Below are positions 1 to 13,809 of a DNA stretch of 64,000 nt, in pieces. The translations under genes were made by a program, and so were the position numbers. The DNA is from Lama guanicoe (lineage: Eukaryota): positions 7,835,027-7,899,026 of the forward strand of contig MU053652.1 of NCBI GenBank assembly GCA_013239625.1, written 5' to 3'. The notes under the pieces were generated by a model. That model saw only the letters and a list, made by a program, of their open reading frames with translations, ran no database searches and had not been told where the DNA came from. Within the stretch, counting starts at the first letter, position 1, and every line of letters begins with the position of its first letter.

Positions 1-465
1 CTTTTCTGCTTGTGTAACTAACCATCAGACTTTGCTCTTAGAATCAACCTCACTTGAAAGAAAAGAATTAAAACTCAGTCTAAAGATCTTCAAAGGGGTG
101 GATTTAGTTAGACCCGAGTGCAGTCCTCCTACCCCTAAGCCATCTGCCTGTTTTTGGTTTAGAAAACGTTCACAGAATGATCACCTCTTCTGTTCATTTT
201 TTTGCACTCAACTGTTTTTGCGTATGCGCACTTACTCCAAATGATTAGAGGTGTTAGCATGGCAGTTCTGGTTTGTGTTTTGATTTGGTTTACTCCGTTT
301 TGATCAGGAAAACAGCAATACTGTCTAGTTAGAATAAGATGTCCTTTAAGAAACTAACACTTTACCTAAGGTGGAGGTAAGTTTGAATTATTTGTAGAGT
401 TCTTTCACTTCCTGGTTAATGTGTATGACCTTTCAACTTTGCCAACAGTGATTAATTGAAGAGAT

Positions 466-498
466 GATATAGATATAGATATAGATATAGATATATAG
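466..498. repeat. (GATATA)n repeat
   Basis: Read directly from the sequence. Confidence 0.85.
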
Positions 499-1302
499 TC
501 TGAAGTTACGTATTGAAGCCTCACTATATAACTTTCTCAGAAAAATCCAGTGGAGAATGGATGAAGTCTGGGCCCATCAGTACTGAGCCTACACGTTTCT
601 GTGCTCTACAGCACACCGAGGAAACAGGACAAAACGCGCTAGCCTGAGTCCAGCCTCAGCCACAAATCTGAGACGAGTTACATAGTCACTAACATTTTAA
701 TTTTTCTTTCTTTCTTTCCCTCTCTCTCCCTTCCCTCTCTCTCTCTTTAACACTCTATACATAGTAACACATTTAATCCTGATAATAACCCCAAGAAGTA
801 GGTAAAAGTATTGTCCCTATTTTACAGATACCGCACAATTCCTTTTTTACTTCAGGCCAAGCAAATTTCAGTTGAATCCCTCGGATTCAGATTTCAGAAC
901 CATATGTACTTCATTGGCAAAGTCCAGGAGGGCCTTAGTGCAGTGGTTGAGGTGAGGAAAAGAAACCAGTTGCACTGAGGCCCATGGGTTCTTCAGCTCA
1001 AGAGATCCACTTCATTAAAAGTTTGTCTTGGGTGATGTGTGAGTTGTTTATGGTGATCTTCCAACACTTAGAACAAAAATCTTTAAACTGGAGGAAGAAA
1101 ACTCTAGAAACTGCCCAGAGAGGTGTTACTGGAACCGAAGTTCCAAACCAGAGCTTTGCCTAAAATGAGGCTGTGGGCAGGAGTGAGAATTTTATACATT
1201 GCAGGGGGATATCGAGATGTTCTGGAGTCACTGGGGCATCTCAGATTATACCATTGGGGCCGACTGCTTGATTTATTGATTAAACCATCTTAAATGGAGC
1301 AT

Positions 1303-1478
1303 TTAGATAAACAACAAGTTTATACTGCACAGCACAGGGAACTATATTCAATATCTTATAGCAACCTATAATAAAAAATATGAAAAGGAATATATGTATG
1401 TATATGTATGACTGACACATTATGCTGTACACCAGAAATTGACACAACACTGTAAACTGACTATACTTCAATAAAAAA
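1303..1478 (+). mobile_element. 5'-truncated L1 3'UTR fragment
   Basis: agcacagggaactatattcaatatctt...aattgacacaacactgtaaactgactatacttcaataaaaaa; homologous to copies at 17000 and 30860. Confidence 0.85.
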
Positions 1479-1624
1479 TTTTTTTTCTAATGGAGTACTT
1501 ATTACATACACCAGCATGAAAGATATCACACAGAACAGGTTCTGCTCCCATGGAGTTTGCATTGTAGTAGGAGGAAACAGATGATAAGAAAATCAATTTA
1601 AAAAAACTTCCAAGTGATAAATTT

Positions 1625-1940
1625 TGTCTTCATCCTTTTGGGCTGCTATAACAAAACATCACAGACTGGGTAGTTCATAAAGAACAGAAATTTATTTCTC
1701 ACAGCTCCGCAGGCTGGGAAGTCTAAGAGCAAGGTGCCAGTATGGTCAGGTGAGGGCGCTATTCCGGGTTGCAGACTTCTCTCTGTCCTCACGTGGTGAA
1801 AGGGGGTCTCTTCTATAAAGGCACCAGTCTCTCATGAACTAAACCCCTCCCAGAGGCCCCACATCCTAATACCATCACAACAGTCATTGGGATTTCAACA
1901 TACGAATTTTGAGGGTATACACAATGTTCAGAGTGTAAAC
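1625..1940 (-). mobile_element. MaLR (MLT1/MST-like) solo LTR
   Basis: gggctgctataacaaaacatcacagactggg...aacagaaatttatttctcacag...cctaataccatcaca...atttcaacatacgaattt. Confidence 0.8.
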
Positions 1941-2233
1941 AAATGCTATTACAGAATTTTTAAAGAATGAGGAAGAGAGTAATCAGGGTTGAGAAAGCAA
2001 TTCTTGTCGATTTTAAAGCGTATAATATATAACGCTGACTCTTCAAGAGATTGTACCAGTTAACGTTTCCTCCAAAAATTAATGCTTATTTCCCCCATAC
2101 CCAAACTAACACTGTACTGTTATACCTTGTAAAGCCTGTGATGTTCAGAGTAATGTAAAAATGATATCTCATTGTTTAATAATTTATTTTGAGAAGTGAG
2201 GCTATGCATTGTTTCTTTGTTATAATTTTTGGT

Positions 2234-2380
2234 TATTTAAAAAAGACTTTCTTTTTGTTTTTTTGAGGGTGGGTAATTTGTTTGTTTGGTTGGTTGTTTA
2301 TTCATTTATTTTAATGGGGATTGAACCCAAGACTTCATGCATGCTAAGCATGCACTCTACCACTGAGCTATACCCTCCTC
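2234..2380 (-). mobile_element. tRNA-derived SINE, same family
   Basis: Reverse complement of GAGGGTATAGCTCAGTGGTAGAG...GGTTCAATCCCC; flanking direct repeat TATAATTTTTGGT at 2221-2233 and 2390-2402. Confidence 0.85.
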
Positions 2381-5300
2381 ACTTTTTGCTATAATTTTTG
2401 GTCTATCTACTTTTCCCAAGTTTGGGTTGCTTTGACTTGATTTGCCTGAGAGCTCTTTATATGTTAGGGGAATTAGTATTTTGTTTTAGTATTGAATTAG
2501 TATGTTGCAAATGTACTTTTCCAATTTGTGTTTTGACTTGTCCATGGTACCGTTTCCATGCAAATGTCAAGCTCCCTTTTGTTAATGTTTATTTCTAAAT
2601 ATTTGGAGACTAAAGGGGGCTTAGGGTGAGTTCCCCAGTAACAGACCTTAAGATAAGGTTTCATGTGCAAGCGATTTATTAAGGAAGTTTTTTCAGGAAA
2701 AAACTCTTAAGAGAATGAAAGTGGCAGAAAAAAGGGGATGAAACTAAGAAAGGGTGCAGTTTCACATAAAGTCCTGTGGAGGGCAGCATTAACCCAATCA
2801 TATGGAGGAGCCAATTAAGGGCTGCGGGAAGTGAAACCACACTGAATGGGAGGGAGGGAGGAGGGGAGGCTCACTGAATATGGGGGAGGGGATACACCAC
2901 AGACAATAAAAGGGACCTTGGGGGCATCTGTGTGGCCACTGCCAGTGTCTGTTATGTGGGTCAAGAGTCAATGAAAGGAAAGAATAGAGAAGCTCAAACC
3001 CAGCATTTGATTTCAATGTGGAAATTTCTTATTATTTACTTGTGATTAATGATTAAGCCAGATAACAGACGGAATCCACCCAGTAAGGACAGTTTAGTCC
3101 ACCCTGACCTAGTCATTAACTCAAGTGTAATTTGTTTTCTTTTCTCCTTCACCTCTTCCTGGATTTCCAGTCAGGCCTGATGGTGCCAGAGTTATTGGGA
3201 GAGTCAGTTTTCAGGAAGTTGAAGTCCAAGTGAGTAACTTTAGATGTAGATCTTGGGAGTATATGGAAGAGGTAATGGACTGAAGAGGGGAAGCTGAGTC
3301 TTGGTTAAGGAACACAGAATTCAGTCTTGCACCATTACTCCTAAGGGGCATCCTTGCTATATTTCTGGAGTAACTAGAAAATACTCCTTGAGATTGACTT
3401 TCATTATCATCGAAGACTATTTTCTTCTTGGAGGATGCAGAGGTTCCACTAAGAAAAAGTCATTCTTAAGCCTCTTGTGGAGTAAAATTTGATCTTATGA
3501 GGTAAGGATCAAGCTGAGAGCATTTGAAAGAATCTTATAACTCTTAAATGACCCACACTTATCTAGCACAAAGCATTACCCCATTAGTGGTTCCCTAGGA
3601 GTCAAGGCAGGGGATTGGGGAAAAATGGTAATGGGCTGGGGACTTTTTGGTAGGGTGATGAAAGTGTTCTAAAATTGAATGAAGTGATGGATGCATAACT
3701 CTGAGAATATCCAAAAAATCATTAAATTGTACACCTTATGGATGGATTGTATAATATGTGAATTATATCTCCATTAAGCTGTTACAATTTTTTTAAAAAT
3801 CCTTTCTGGAGAAAAGCAACCCAAATTTTAACACTTAGAATTCCCACAGACTAAGATCAACAAAATATGAGCTCATAATCAATGGTTAACAGGTACCCAA
3901 ATAAATAAATTACCATGACTGAGGTCAGCAAGTATAAAAAGCAATAGAATATAGAATCTCCTAGTGTTTAAGGAATTATAAACATCAAATATAAAATATT
4001 AAGTATCTATGTAAAAATATTAAACATTTAAAAGACGGAATCATTAAAATGATTAAACAAAAGGCTGTCAAATGAGGAAGCAGGATAAGCAGAAAAAAAT
4101 GCACACATAGACTCTAGTCTAAAACTATAAACTCTAAAGCCAGGCATAATGTATTAAAATGGGCCAGAGAGAAAAGATGGATTACTTATAAAGGGAGGTA
4201 ACCAGATAGAAAGCAGTATTATCATCAAAACAACAGAAAACTAGGATAAAGGGTCTACAAAATGCTAAGGGAAAATAACTGTCAATCTATATTTTTATAC
4301 CTATCAAAACTATCTATATTAAGAGTAAAATTAATAAATTATTAGATTGAAAAATAGAGAGTTCTCCCCCAGCAGACTTCACTAAGGAATTCTAAAAGAT
4401 GATCTTCAGTAAGAAGGAAAATGATCCTAGACAGAAGTTTGATATTCTAAAATGAAGGACCAAGAGATAAATATGCAGGTGAATCTAAACAAACTAAAAT
4501 AAAATATGTCTAGATGCAATAAAAATAATAATGATGTTTAATTTGGAAATTAAAAGGAAAAGAATTAAAATACTGGACAGAAATACAATTTAACTGGAAG
4601 GAAGTAAAGAAAGATGGGAGGAGGAAGGAAGGAAGGAAAGAGAAGCAAGTATCCCTGTGTCACAGCTCTTGCAACTCCTGAGAGCAACCTAGTTGTTTCT
4701 GCTGCTACTCGTAAGTTAGGAAGCACAGCTCCAATTAATGTTCTTCAAAAGTCACATTGTTTTTCTTTTCTTGTTATTTATTTTAATTTTTTTCACTAGG
4801 AATATATATTACAGTTGATTGGGGAGCTTTTTAAAAAATGTATGTGTTAGCTTAAGACTTCTGACTCCACAGTCGGTGATAAGCCCAGGAGTATTTGTTT
4901 TGGTGATTTTTATATGCATCTCCAGCCAGGAATAACTGAATTACTATTCTTTGTTTTAACAAACATTTTTTAATTGTCTCCTCTGTGCCCTGATTGAGCT
5001 TGACCTAGGAATGCAGTGGTGAACAAGACAGTGCCTACTGTTTAGGAAGTTCAAGTGAGTAGGAGGAGAAAAAAAATGAAGTGAAAAAAAGTATCCATTG
5101 TGCAGGATATAGTAATGGCAGAGATTCCGCTCTCTCCTGTTCCCTTTTTTGGTAATAATAGATGTTAATCTAGCCAAATGGCTGCCAGAAATAAAGACCA
5201 CATTTACTAGTCCTCCCTGCAGCTAGCTGGGGTCAAGGCACCATATTCTATCAAAAGATGTAAACTAATGCGTCATGTGACAGTTTCTGGGAAATTTTCT

Positions 5301-5401
5301 AAAAAAAGATTTATTCTGCTCGCTTGTTTTATTTCTTCTTTGTGCTGCCTCCATTCTGCTGCCTCAAATTTAGATGTGATAGCTAGAAAGTCACTTACCA
5401 T

Positions 5402-5695
5402 CTTTTTTTTTTTCAATTTTGTTTTCTATTGACATGTAGTTGGTTTACAATGTTAGTTTCAGGTATACAGCAAAGTGATTCAGTTACACATATATATGCT
5501 TTTTTTTCAGATTCTTTTACGTTATATATTATTAAAAGAAATTGAATATATTTCTCTGTGCTATACAGTAGGTCCTTGCTGTTTATCATTTTTATATATA
5601 GTAAAGTGTATCTGTTAGTCCCAAACTCCTATTTTATCTGTCCCTAACACCGGCCCTTTCCCCTTTGGTAACTGTAGTTTGTGTGATATGTCTGA
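5402..5695 (-). mobile_element. L1 3'UTR fragment
   Basis: T-run followed by tttacaatgttagtttcaggtatacagcaaagtgattcagtta...tgtgctatacagtaggtcct. Confidence 0.8.
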
Positions 5696-7357
5696 GCAAC
5701 TCGCCACCTTGAGATGATCAAGTAGTGAGCCTTATGATCCTTGTCCCAGTCTTCTTTGTAGAGCAGAGTCTTGGACTGTCTGCCTTCAGAGGGCAAAATA
5801 AACTAATATTTTTAGAGAATAAGGGCAGATTTCTTAAGCCCAGAGGGAAATATCGGTTGTGAGAATACACACAAACTAAAATCCATAAATGCTTCTAGGT
5901 GAAGGAGTGTAGCACCCTATAATACTTAGGTGCACAGACAGAGTGCAATAATTAGTACACTAGAAATACAACACTTACTATATATTTTGCCTTGACAGTA
6001 GAATTGTAGGTTATTTTAGGGTAGCAATAAACTTGCAGAAAATGATTTCTCTTGGTGTCTTAATAGAACAGAATGCAGTAAGTGGTCTCACTGATGACCT
6101 AAGACTTGTACTTTCCAGACACAGAGAACAGAGTACTCCGTCCTAAGTCTGCACAATAAAAATGGAACTTGAAGTGAGAAATTGGTGGTTTCTGAGCCTT
6201 CAGAGAGGAACAAAGTGTCAAGTTCATAAATGAATGTTGAGTTAACATTAAACATTTTCCAGGTCCTTAAGATTAGTAATAAAGACAAAGTAAGCAGTTA
6301 AGTTTATATAGCTAGCCCTCTGATAGAAACAAAAAGCATAATACTAACATTCACTTTTAAACGATATTTATTTTGTCCATTATTAAATTGTATTCTATAA
6401 CTTTAAGTTACGATAATGTAACAGCCGCTGCTCAAGATTTAGAATAAGAAAATAGCTTAAAAAGTGATAGCATTATGTGTTACTTTATATTTGATGTGCA
6501 TGGCTTAGTAATGGCTTCTTCCCTTCTTTCCTTCTGGTTCCCTTTCCTTGATGAAATTGTCATTTCCTTGAGCTTGGTCAATCACGCATGGCGTTTATAT
6601 CTAGTAGATGCTTAAGAAATTTTAGATTAGTTTAGCTATCTCCAGGGAGTCTTTCTAAAATGTAATTGGGCACACCTGGAACTAACATAACATTATAAAT
6701 CAACTATGTTTCAATAAAAAATAAAACAATAAAAATTTTTAAATGTAACTGGAAATATACTTCAAATGTGTAAGACTGAGTTTTCCTCAATTCGATTAGA
6801 GAGAAGTCAAAATAAAGCCTAAACAAGATATTTGTATTTTAGACTTCTTTTGACAACAGCATACAGAGAACTTCCTCATTCCTTTTTAAGCTGAATGCTA
6901 TCCCATTGTACAGATGTACTATAATTCATTTAAGAAGCCCTACATTGATATACATATGGGTTCCTTCTCCTCTTTTTTTCTTTTTCAATTTATTTGTTGG
7001 TAAAACTAGGTTATTTGTCCTGTAGCATTCACGAGGATCTGAATTTTGATCATTATATCCCTGACATGTTGTTCTCCATTTCCCTGTGAATTGGTACAGG
7101 CATGATCACATTTCAGTTTGAGTTCTGGAAGGATTTAGTCGTAGCTGTGCTCCATATTGTGATTAGGTAATATATGATGTCTGGTTTTACCTCTTTTTGT
7201 TATGTTAGTGGCCTCTGAGGATCATGCCTAGATCCATTATTAATTCATTAGGAATTGCAAAATAGTTATATTCTAATTCTATCACACCTTCCTCATTTAT
7301 TGGTTTGAATAAGAAGAAAATTTCCCTCCCCCACTGTTTGGTTACTCTGAGGTTTAT

Positions 7358-7659
7358 ACATAGTCATCTCTCAGTATCAGCATAGGGGTTGTTTCCAGGA
7401 GCCCCTGTGTACATCAGAATCCCAGGATGCTCAAGTCCCTTATGTAGAATGGTGTAGTATGGTCAGCCCTCCCTATTCTCTGGTTTCACATATGGGGGTT
7501 CAACCAATCTCAGACAGAAATATTGATCTGCAGTTGATTAAATCCTCAGATGTGAAATCTGCAAATTTGGAGAGCCAACTGTACATTTAGTGAAAAAAAA
7601 ATCCACATAACAGGTGGGACCCATGCAGTTCAAATCCCTGTTATTCAAGGTCACCTGTA
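7358..7659. mobile_element. MER2-like (Tigger) DNA transposon relic
   Basis: Termini tagtcatctctcagtatc...ggttgtttccagga and gttcaaatccctgttattcaaggtcacctgta; related copy near 59617. Confidence 0.7.
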
Positions 7660-8199
7660 GTTCACACAGGAAATGTATAATAAATGGTTGATTCCTGCTC
7701 TTTATTTACCAGGTTTCAGGGTAAGGAGTTGGTTCCATAACATTCTTCAGAGGTGATCTATGAAAGCCTTTCTTTGGTATCATTTTGATCTCATGGATTT
7801 AAATATATTTGATGTTTCAGTCCATTGCAGTTATTTCTTAAATGATTCTCTAACTTTCCCATCTTTGGCAGTGTCTCTGAGTTGGCTAGCGAGTACTTTT
7901 GATTTAATCCTAGTGACCCCTCATGGCATCCTTGCTTTATAGTATAATAAGATATTTCAGACGCATCTTGTACATTTCATGTCTCAGACCTGGAATCAGA
8001 CATTTTCCTAAGAGACCCTAGTTTCTTTTATTGGTAAATAATATTTAGATATTTAAAGTATGAGTTCTAAAGATGCCTTGCTAGTAGATGGGTTAATTTA
8101 ACAGTTTTTCTTCCATAGGGTCAAAAAAACCACTGACTGTGTGATACCCAAATCAGTATACTTGTGGGTTATATTTTTCTATAAATCAGAAAAAAGAAA

Positions 8200-9580
8200 T
8201 TTGGTGCAATGAACTATCAGAAATAGAAAGTAACAAAAAAAATCCTGTTTAAAATCACATTAAAAATAATAAAATACCTAGGAAAAAACTTAACCAAGGA
8301 AGTGAAAGACCTATACTCTGAAAACTATAAAACATTGGGAAGTATAAAGCATGAAGGAAACTGAAGATGATACAAAGAAATGAAAGATATCTCATGCTCT
8401 TGGATTGGAAGAATTAATATTGTTTAGATGGCCATACTACCCAAAGCATCTGTAGATTGAATGCAGTCTCTATTTTAATACCCATGAAGCTTTTTCACAA
8501 ATAGTCCTAAAATTCATATGGAACCCCAACAGATCCTGAATTGCCAAAGAAATCTTGAGAAAAAAGTACAAAGCTAGAAGTATCACCCTCCCAGACTTCA
8601 GACCACAAAGCTACAATAATCAAAACAGCATGGTATTGGTACAAAAACAGAATAGAGGACCCAAAAATAAACCCACACACCTATGGTCAACTAATCTATG
8701 ACAAAGAAGGTGAGAATATACCGTGGAGAAAAGACAGTCTCTTTAACAAATGGTGCTGGGAAAACTGGACAGCCACATGTAAAACAGTGATCTTAGAGCA
8801 TTTCCTCACACCACATATAAAAATAAACTCAAAATGGATTAAACACCTAAATGTAAGACCTAAAACCATAAAACTCCTAGAAGAGAATATAGGCAGAAAA
8901 CACTTTTTTTTCAAGAATAAAAAAGTAGTTTATTATTCTACTTTTAAAACAGATGGAAGGTGAAAAATGTCTATTTGGTATAATTAAGAAGATTAGTGAC
9001 ATGAGAGTAGGCAGAAAACACTTTGACAAAAACCCTAGCAAAAAATTTTTTTGGATCTGTCTCCTAAGGCAAAAGAAATAAAAGCAAAAATAAACAAATA
9101 GAACCTAATTAAATGTAAAGGCTTTTTTGCACAGCAAAGGAAACCGCTGACAAAATGAAAAGACAACCTATGAAATGGGAGAAAACATTTGCAAATGATA
9201 TGACCTATGAAGGGTCAATATCCAACATATATAAATAGCTCATACAACTCAATATCAAAAAATAATAAAAAAAATTGGTAGAAGGCTTGAATAGACATTT
9301 TTCTAAAGAAGACGTACTGACAGCTAACAGGCACATGAACAGATGCCCAGCATCTCTAATTATTAGAAAAATGCAAATCAAAACTGCAATGACATATCAC
9401 CTCACACCTTCAAAATGGCTATCATCAAAATGTCTACAAATAACAAATGTTGGGTGAAGATGTGGAGAAAAGGGGAACCCCCTGTACACTGTCAGTGGGA
9501 ATGTAAATTGGTACAGCCACTATGGGAAATAGTACAGAGGTCCCTCAAAAAGCTAAAAATAGAATTACCACATGATCCAA
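8200..9580 (+). mobile_element. LINE-1 ORF2 3' fragment, degenerate
   Basis: L1 ORF2 motifs: aaaatacctagga, tggattggaagaattaatattg, aacaaatggtgctgggaaaactgg; peptide LNRHFSKED...CKLVQPLWE across frameshifts. Confidence 0.9.
8907..9007 (-). mobile_element. ~100-bp 5'-truncated retrocopy of an unidentified polyadenylated RNA, nested in L1
   Basis: TSD TAGGCAGAAAACACTTT at 8890-8906 and 9008-9024; T-run 8904-8911; minus-strand AATAAA at 8934-8929, 17 nt from the tail. Confidence 0.8.
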
Positions 9581-10934
9581 CACATGGAAAATCCCACCCT
9601 CCCCAACTCTGCTCTCCATATTCTTTCCCATGGATCTAAACATCGGATATTAATTGCTTATTTGTATGTTGAATGTCTGTTCCCCCCAGCAAGAATATAA
9701 GTCATAAGAAGGCAAGGCTCTTTGCTTAGGTCAAGGATATATTTCAAAGCCTAGGACAGTGTCTGGTAAGAAGGAATGTTTAATAAATTGATTAGTGTAC
9801 GAATTGATTAATAGACGAATGGATGAATCAGGAAGGTGATACGAAAACTCTTCTCTGATGAAGTGACTAAATAGTGAATGTTTGATGTTTAAAAATCAAA
9901 AGTTAGAAAAATTGTTAATTAAATTTTGTTATATCCAGTTGATAGACTATTATGTGACCTTAAAAATGTTTAAATTATATTTATGAAGACTGAAATAAGG
10001 ATGAAAACTACTTATAAGATATGGTTAAGTGAAAAATACAAGACGCAAAAATATGCACATTATTATTTACAACCATGTTTTTAAAAAGTCTTCAGAAGAA
10101 AAGCTAGAAAGAAAAACACCAAAAGTTACCAGGATATGTTATAGTGATTATTTTTTCTATTTTATAAATTTTTCTATAATGTGCTTATATCATCTTTGAT
10201 ATGAAAATGAACTTCATTTTTAAAAAGTTAATCTATGCAATGCTATCTCTCTTTTATGGTATTATAAAAATGTTTTGTTTTGTTTGTATTTTACATTTAG
10301 AAATCAGACCTTCACAATGTCAGTAACCACTAACACGCAGGGACCCAGAGTTGAAAAGGGCACACCTGTATTGCAAATGTTTCACAGAAAGACAAAAGAG
10401 GCAAAGGAGGAGGTTGAATCAATCCTCATGCCTTCTATAATAGCATCATACCTGTCTTGAGTTTATCTTCCAAGTAGATCATCTCCAGGAGAAGGAAATC
10501 CTATCAATTGAACCCTGCCTCTCAAGAGAACACATGCACAAGTGACTATAAATACAACATAACATCAGAAAGAGGAAACTGCCCAAGACTCTGTTTTATC
10601 CAAAGTGTTTCCATTACTTTGGTGATCAAGGGAAGATAGTTGAAGATTAGCAACATGTCTTAAGCCAAATATGCATGAGATGTATTATTTCATTTATTTC
10701 TCAGAGTAATTCACAGAGGTAGGAACTATATTATCAGATTTCAGATGAGAAAATGGGAAATATAAATAACTTGCTCAGAATCACACAACCAGACAGATAG
10801 TGAAACAATGATTGAAATTAGATTCAAACCTACTCCAAAACCGTTACTCAAAACTCATACATGGGGACCAAAATCTCAACTATCTCTTGGTAGGATCCCC
10901 TTCCCAATAGCACTTCTGAGTCCCTTAAACGTCA

Positions 10935-10940
10935 TTTATT
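10935..10940 (-). terminator. Candidate HYAL4 polyadenylation signal AATAAA
   Basis: TTTATT on + strand about 780 nt past the stop. An alternative hexamer lies at 10693-10698. Confidence 0.35.
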
Positions 10941-11719
10941 AAAATATTGTTTTAGTAATGGTTTTTGCTTGCAAAAGACACCAATCACATTTTAATCAAC
11001 ATGGCTCTAGTTTCTACATCTAGGGCAAGGTCAACCTAGGAAGCACGAATACTATCCTGGAGCCTTTCACTGTACCTAGAGTTGCCAGTATCTGTGAGGG
11101 AGGGACTCACGGTGGGGGAGGGGGGGCGCCATATTGGAATCGATGCCTTTACCATGAGTAGACTACAGCTCCCCTCTCATTAGAAGTCATGTCAGGAGCT
11201 GGTTCTGCACACTTTCAGCCCAGACCTGAAGAAGTTTGAACCTACGGCTGTAACAGGGACTCTGCCTTCGGTCCTCTTTGGTGGACCAGGTGACCGCGTC
11301 ACACCCTGAGGTGATCCCATTTGTTCAATCAGATAATTACTTAGTAATTGGTCCTTAAGTAAACTGCTAGCTGGAATCCAGTCTTTGAAATCAATAACAT
11401 AATATTTATATGTGTACTTTCATGTATATACGTTCATATGAAGCTGAAAATATATTAGCTGTAGGTTAAATAGGTTTACAACTTAAACATTCCAGTAAGG
11501 AAGAAGAGTGCATTGAGTTTTACTCCTGGATCTGGTTTCTTAGCCCAGTCGCAGCCAAATAAAGCAATAGTTCCTGTTTATGTTAAGCGACATACCTAAT
11601 GCTAATTATGACACCTCCGAATGGACTTCATATGAGAAAAAAAATTGTCATCAGTTTCATCTCTTCCCTAAGTGATGCCTCTAGAGGCCACACAATTCCC
11701 TTTAAACTCAATTATCTCA

Positions 11720-12118
11720 CTACTGAATGTGCTGAGAACCAGCTGAAACCAGCAGACACAGTGTTATTAGTGAGGCAGAAAAAGAGGAAACCCCAGAGCT
11801 GCCATCAGCCATCTTCATTCCTCTGCAGTCGGCCCCTTCGTATCCCTGATAACAATGACAGGAGAATCTCTCCGCGAGCAGCGCCAGGTCTGTATCAGAT
11901 GCTTGTCCTTTCACAGTGAGCTCTCCATCCTCGGAGGCCTCTATGTGGTAGCTTGCAGGGTTCAAGTGAAGGTAATGAGGAGCTTTCCACACCTTCCTTA
12001 CGCATCTCCCGTTATTCCTGCAGAGGTGATGGCTGCACACCTCAGCGGCTCTGCTCACGTTGACTATGTACCTCCCAAAGTCGGAGCTCACAAACCGCTT
12101 CACCTTTGTACAGTTGAC
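11720..12118 (-). CDS. HYAL4: HYAL4 last coding exon (EGF-like domain and hydrophobic GPI-type tail); spliced protein 480 aa
   Basis: Acceptor ctacatttctag|GTC, in frame with ORF 11720..12103: VNCTKVKRF...CSHHLCRNNGRC...CHCYQGYEGADC...LITLCLLV. TAG at 11722-11720. Confidence 0.96.
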   Translation of the reverse strand, partial: VNCTKVKRFVSSDFGRYIVNVSRAAEVCSHHLCRNNGRCVRKVWKAPHYLHLNPASYHIEASEDGELTVKGQASDTDLALLAERFSCHCYQGYEGADCRGMKMADGSSGVSSFSASLITLCLLVSAGSQHIQ

Positions 12119-13719
12119 CTAGAAATGTAGAAACAAGGAGATTTTAGTGTTTTGGGGTTTTTTGGTTTGTTTTCTGATACTGATAGGGTTAGGGCATCTA
12201 GACCCACAAAGCAGCTCTTGGACTTGATTGAAACTGAATGGCTTGGTTCCAGCCCATGAACTCTTAGGCTCAGGTGCTATTAACACCCAGACCCAGACCA
12301 GAAAGGGTGAAGAGGTGGAAGAGGCAGGAGATGGAGAGCATGTTCTCGTAGGCCTAGTAACTGAATTTGCCCATGGGCCCCGGAGTCAACATATGTGACC
12401 TTGCCTTCTTCCAATATGCATCCTTGTTTAATTTCCTTCTAGCTCCCAAATGAATGGGTGTAAAGAAAAGAGGAACAAACCCAAATTAGAAATTGTGCCA
12501 GAGCTACTGTCCTCTGGCCACCTTTCAGGTATGTGTACCTCTCAGGGTTGTGTTAGAACCTGAATCATCACGTTCTACCAAATTATTGTTGACCGTCAAC
12601 CTGTAGCCTTCTGGATTTTCCTGTTGATTATGCTCAGCTATCAGCTGCCCTGGGGTCTAACCTCCTGTATACAATTCAAACACAGCAAAGCTTGGGAGGC
12701 TGCCCAGGTCATTCGTGTGTGTGCTTGTGCATGTGTGTGTGGTTCCTATTGCGTGTTCTAAACAGAAGCCACCTGGTTTGTGCACTTAGCTTCCTTTCCT
12801 GATGACACTCTTCTCTTGAGCCACCTGGGCTGTAGAGGAAATATCACACTGGGAGAATCGGGAATTGATCCTCTCAGTTTCTACCTAATTCTTACATGTG
12901 CACGAAGGAGACTTCTAACCTTATGTTGTCACAAATAGTTTCATGAATGATATCTCAGTAGCAACAATTCGCGCCTGTGAAATTCTAAGAATATCAGATC
13001 ACCATGAACTTGCAAAAAATTCAATTTAACAAAAAGCGTTCAAATACAAGTATTACAATTCAAGGCAAAATGCATGACACTGTAGAGAGAAAAACAAACA
13101 ACAGCTGAAAATATAGAAGAGATTGTGATGAATGTAGACTGGGGAAAACTGGAGTAGATAATATTTGAGCTGGGAGAAATTTGAAGAGACATAAATCTTA
13201 TTTTAAATGTTATTAATTTTCAGCTAATTTCTCCATAGAAGAAAAATCAGTTCAATGCAGATATTAAAAATTACCATCTGTTTCTACTTCTCAAAATACG
13301 ATCTCACACATTTTGTGCAATGGTTAAGTGAAAGAATTCCAGAGTCGGACTGCCTGTGGTCAGTGCCTGCTCCACTGCTAGCTAGCCTAACTGTTACCCT
13401 AGTTAGATTTCCTCTCTTGCTTCCTCATCTATAAAAAGGATGCTAGTCCCTACCTCATGGGGGTTATTACAATCAATAAACGAGCAAATCCAAAACAAAA
13501 ACGCACTTGACACAATCCAAGCATATAGTAAATATTCAACAAATGTCAGTATTATGATTACTGTCTTAACAAAAGTTAATCTTCATCGTGCTCCTTCTAC
13601 ATATCAGGCGCTAATTTGAGCTTTAATTCTAACGCAAGTTTAGATTGGATTAGAGTGAGTTCTATAGGAGAACAGACACTGTACATAATACGAACTATGC
13701 CGCCAAGGTCCTGTCTTAC

Positions 13720-13809
13720 CTCGGATGAAGTTAAGTTCATGTCTCCCCAAACAACAAAGCCCGCAGCTCCCAAGGCAGCACTTTCTCCAACAGTACTGAT
13801 GAGGTCTTG
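13720..13809 (-). CDS. HYAL4: HYAL4 coding exon 2 (90 nt, [30 protein letters not shown])
   Basis: Manual translation gives the conserved [12 protein letters not shown] motif. Flanked by ctccaatctag| acceptor and GAG|GTAAGA donor. Not shown in this frame in the ORF track. Confidence 0.96.

Noticed and set aside
1..400. Possible SPAM1 5' exon or promoter at the left edge
   Set aside because: Synteny predicts SPAM1 beyond HYAL4, but no coding sequence or verifiable exon is visible here.
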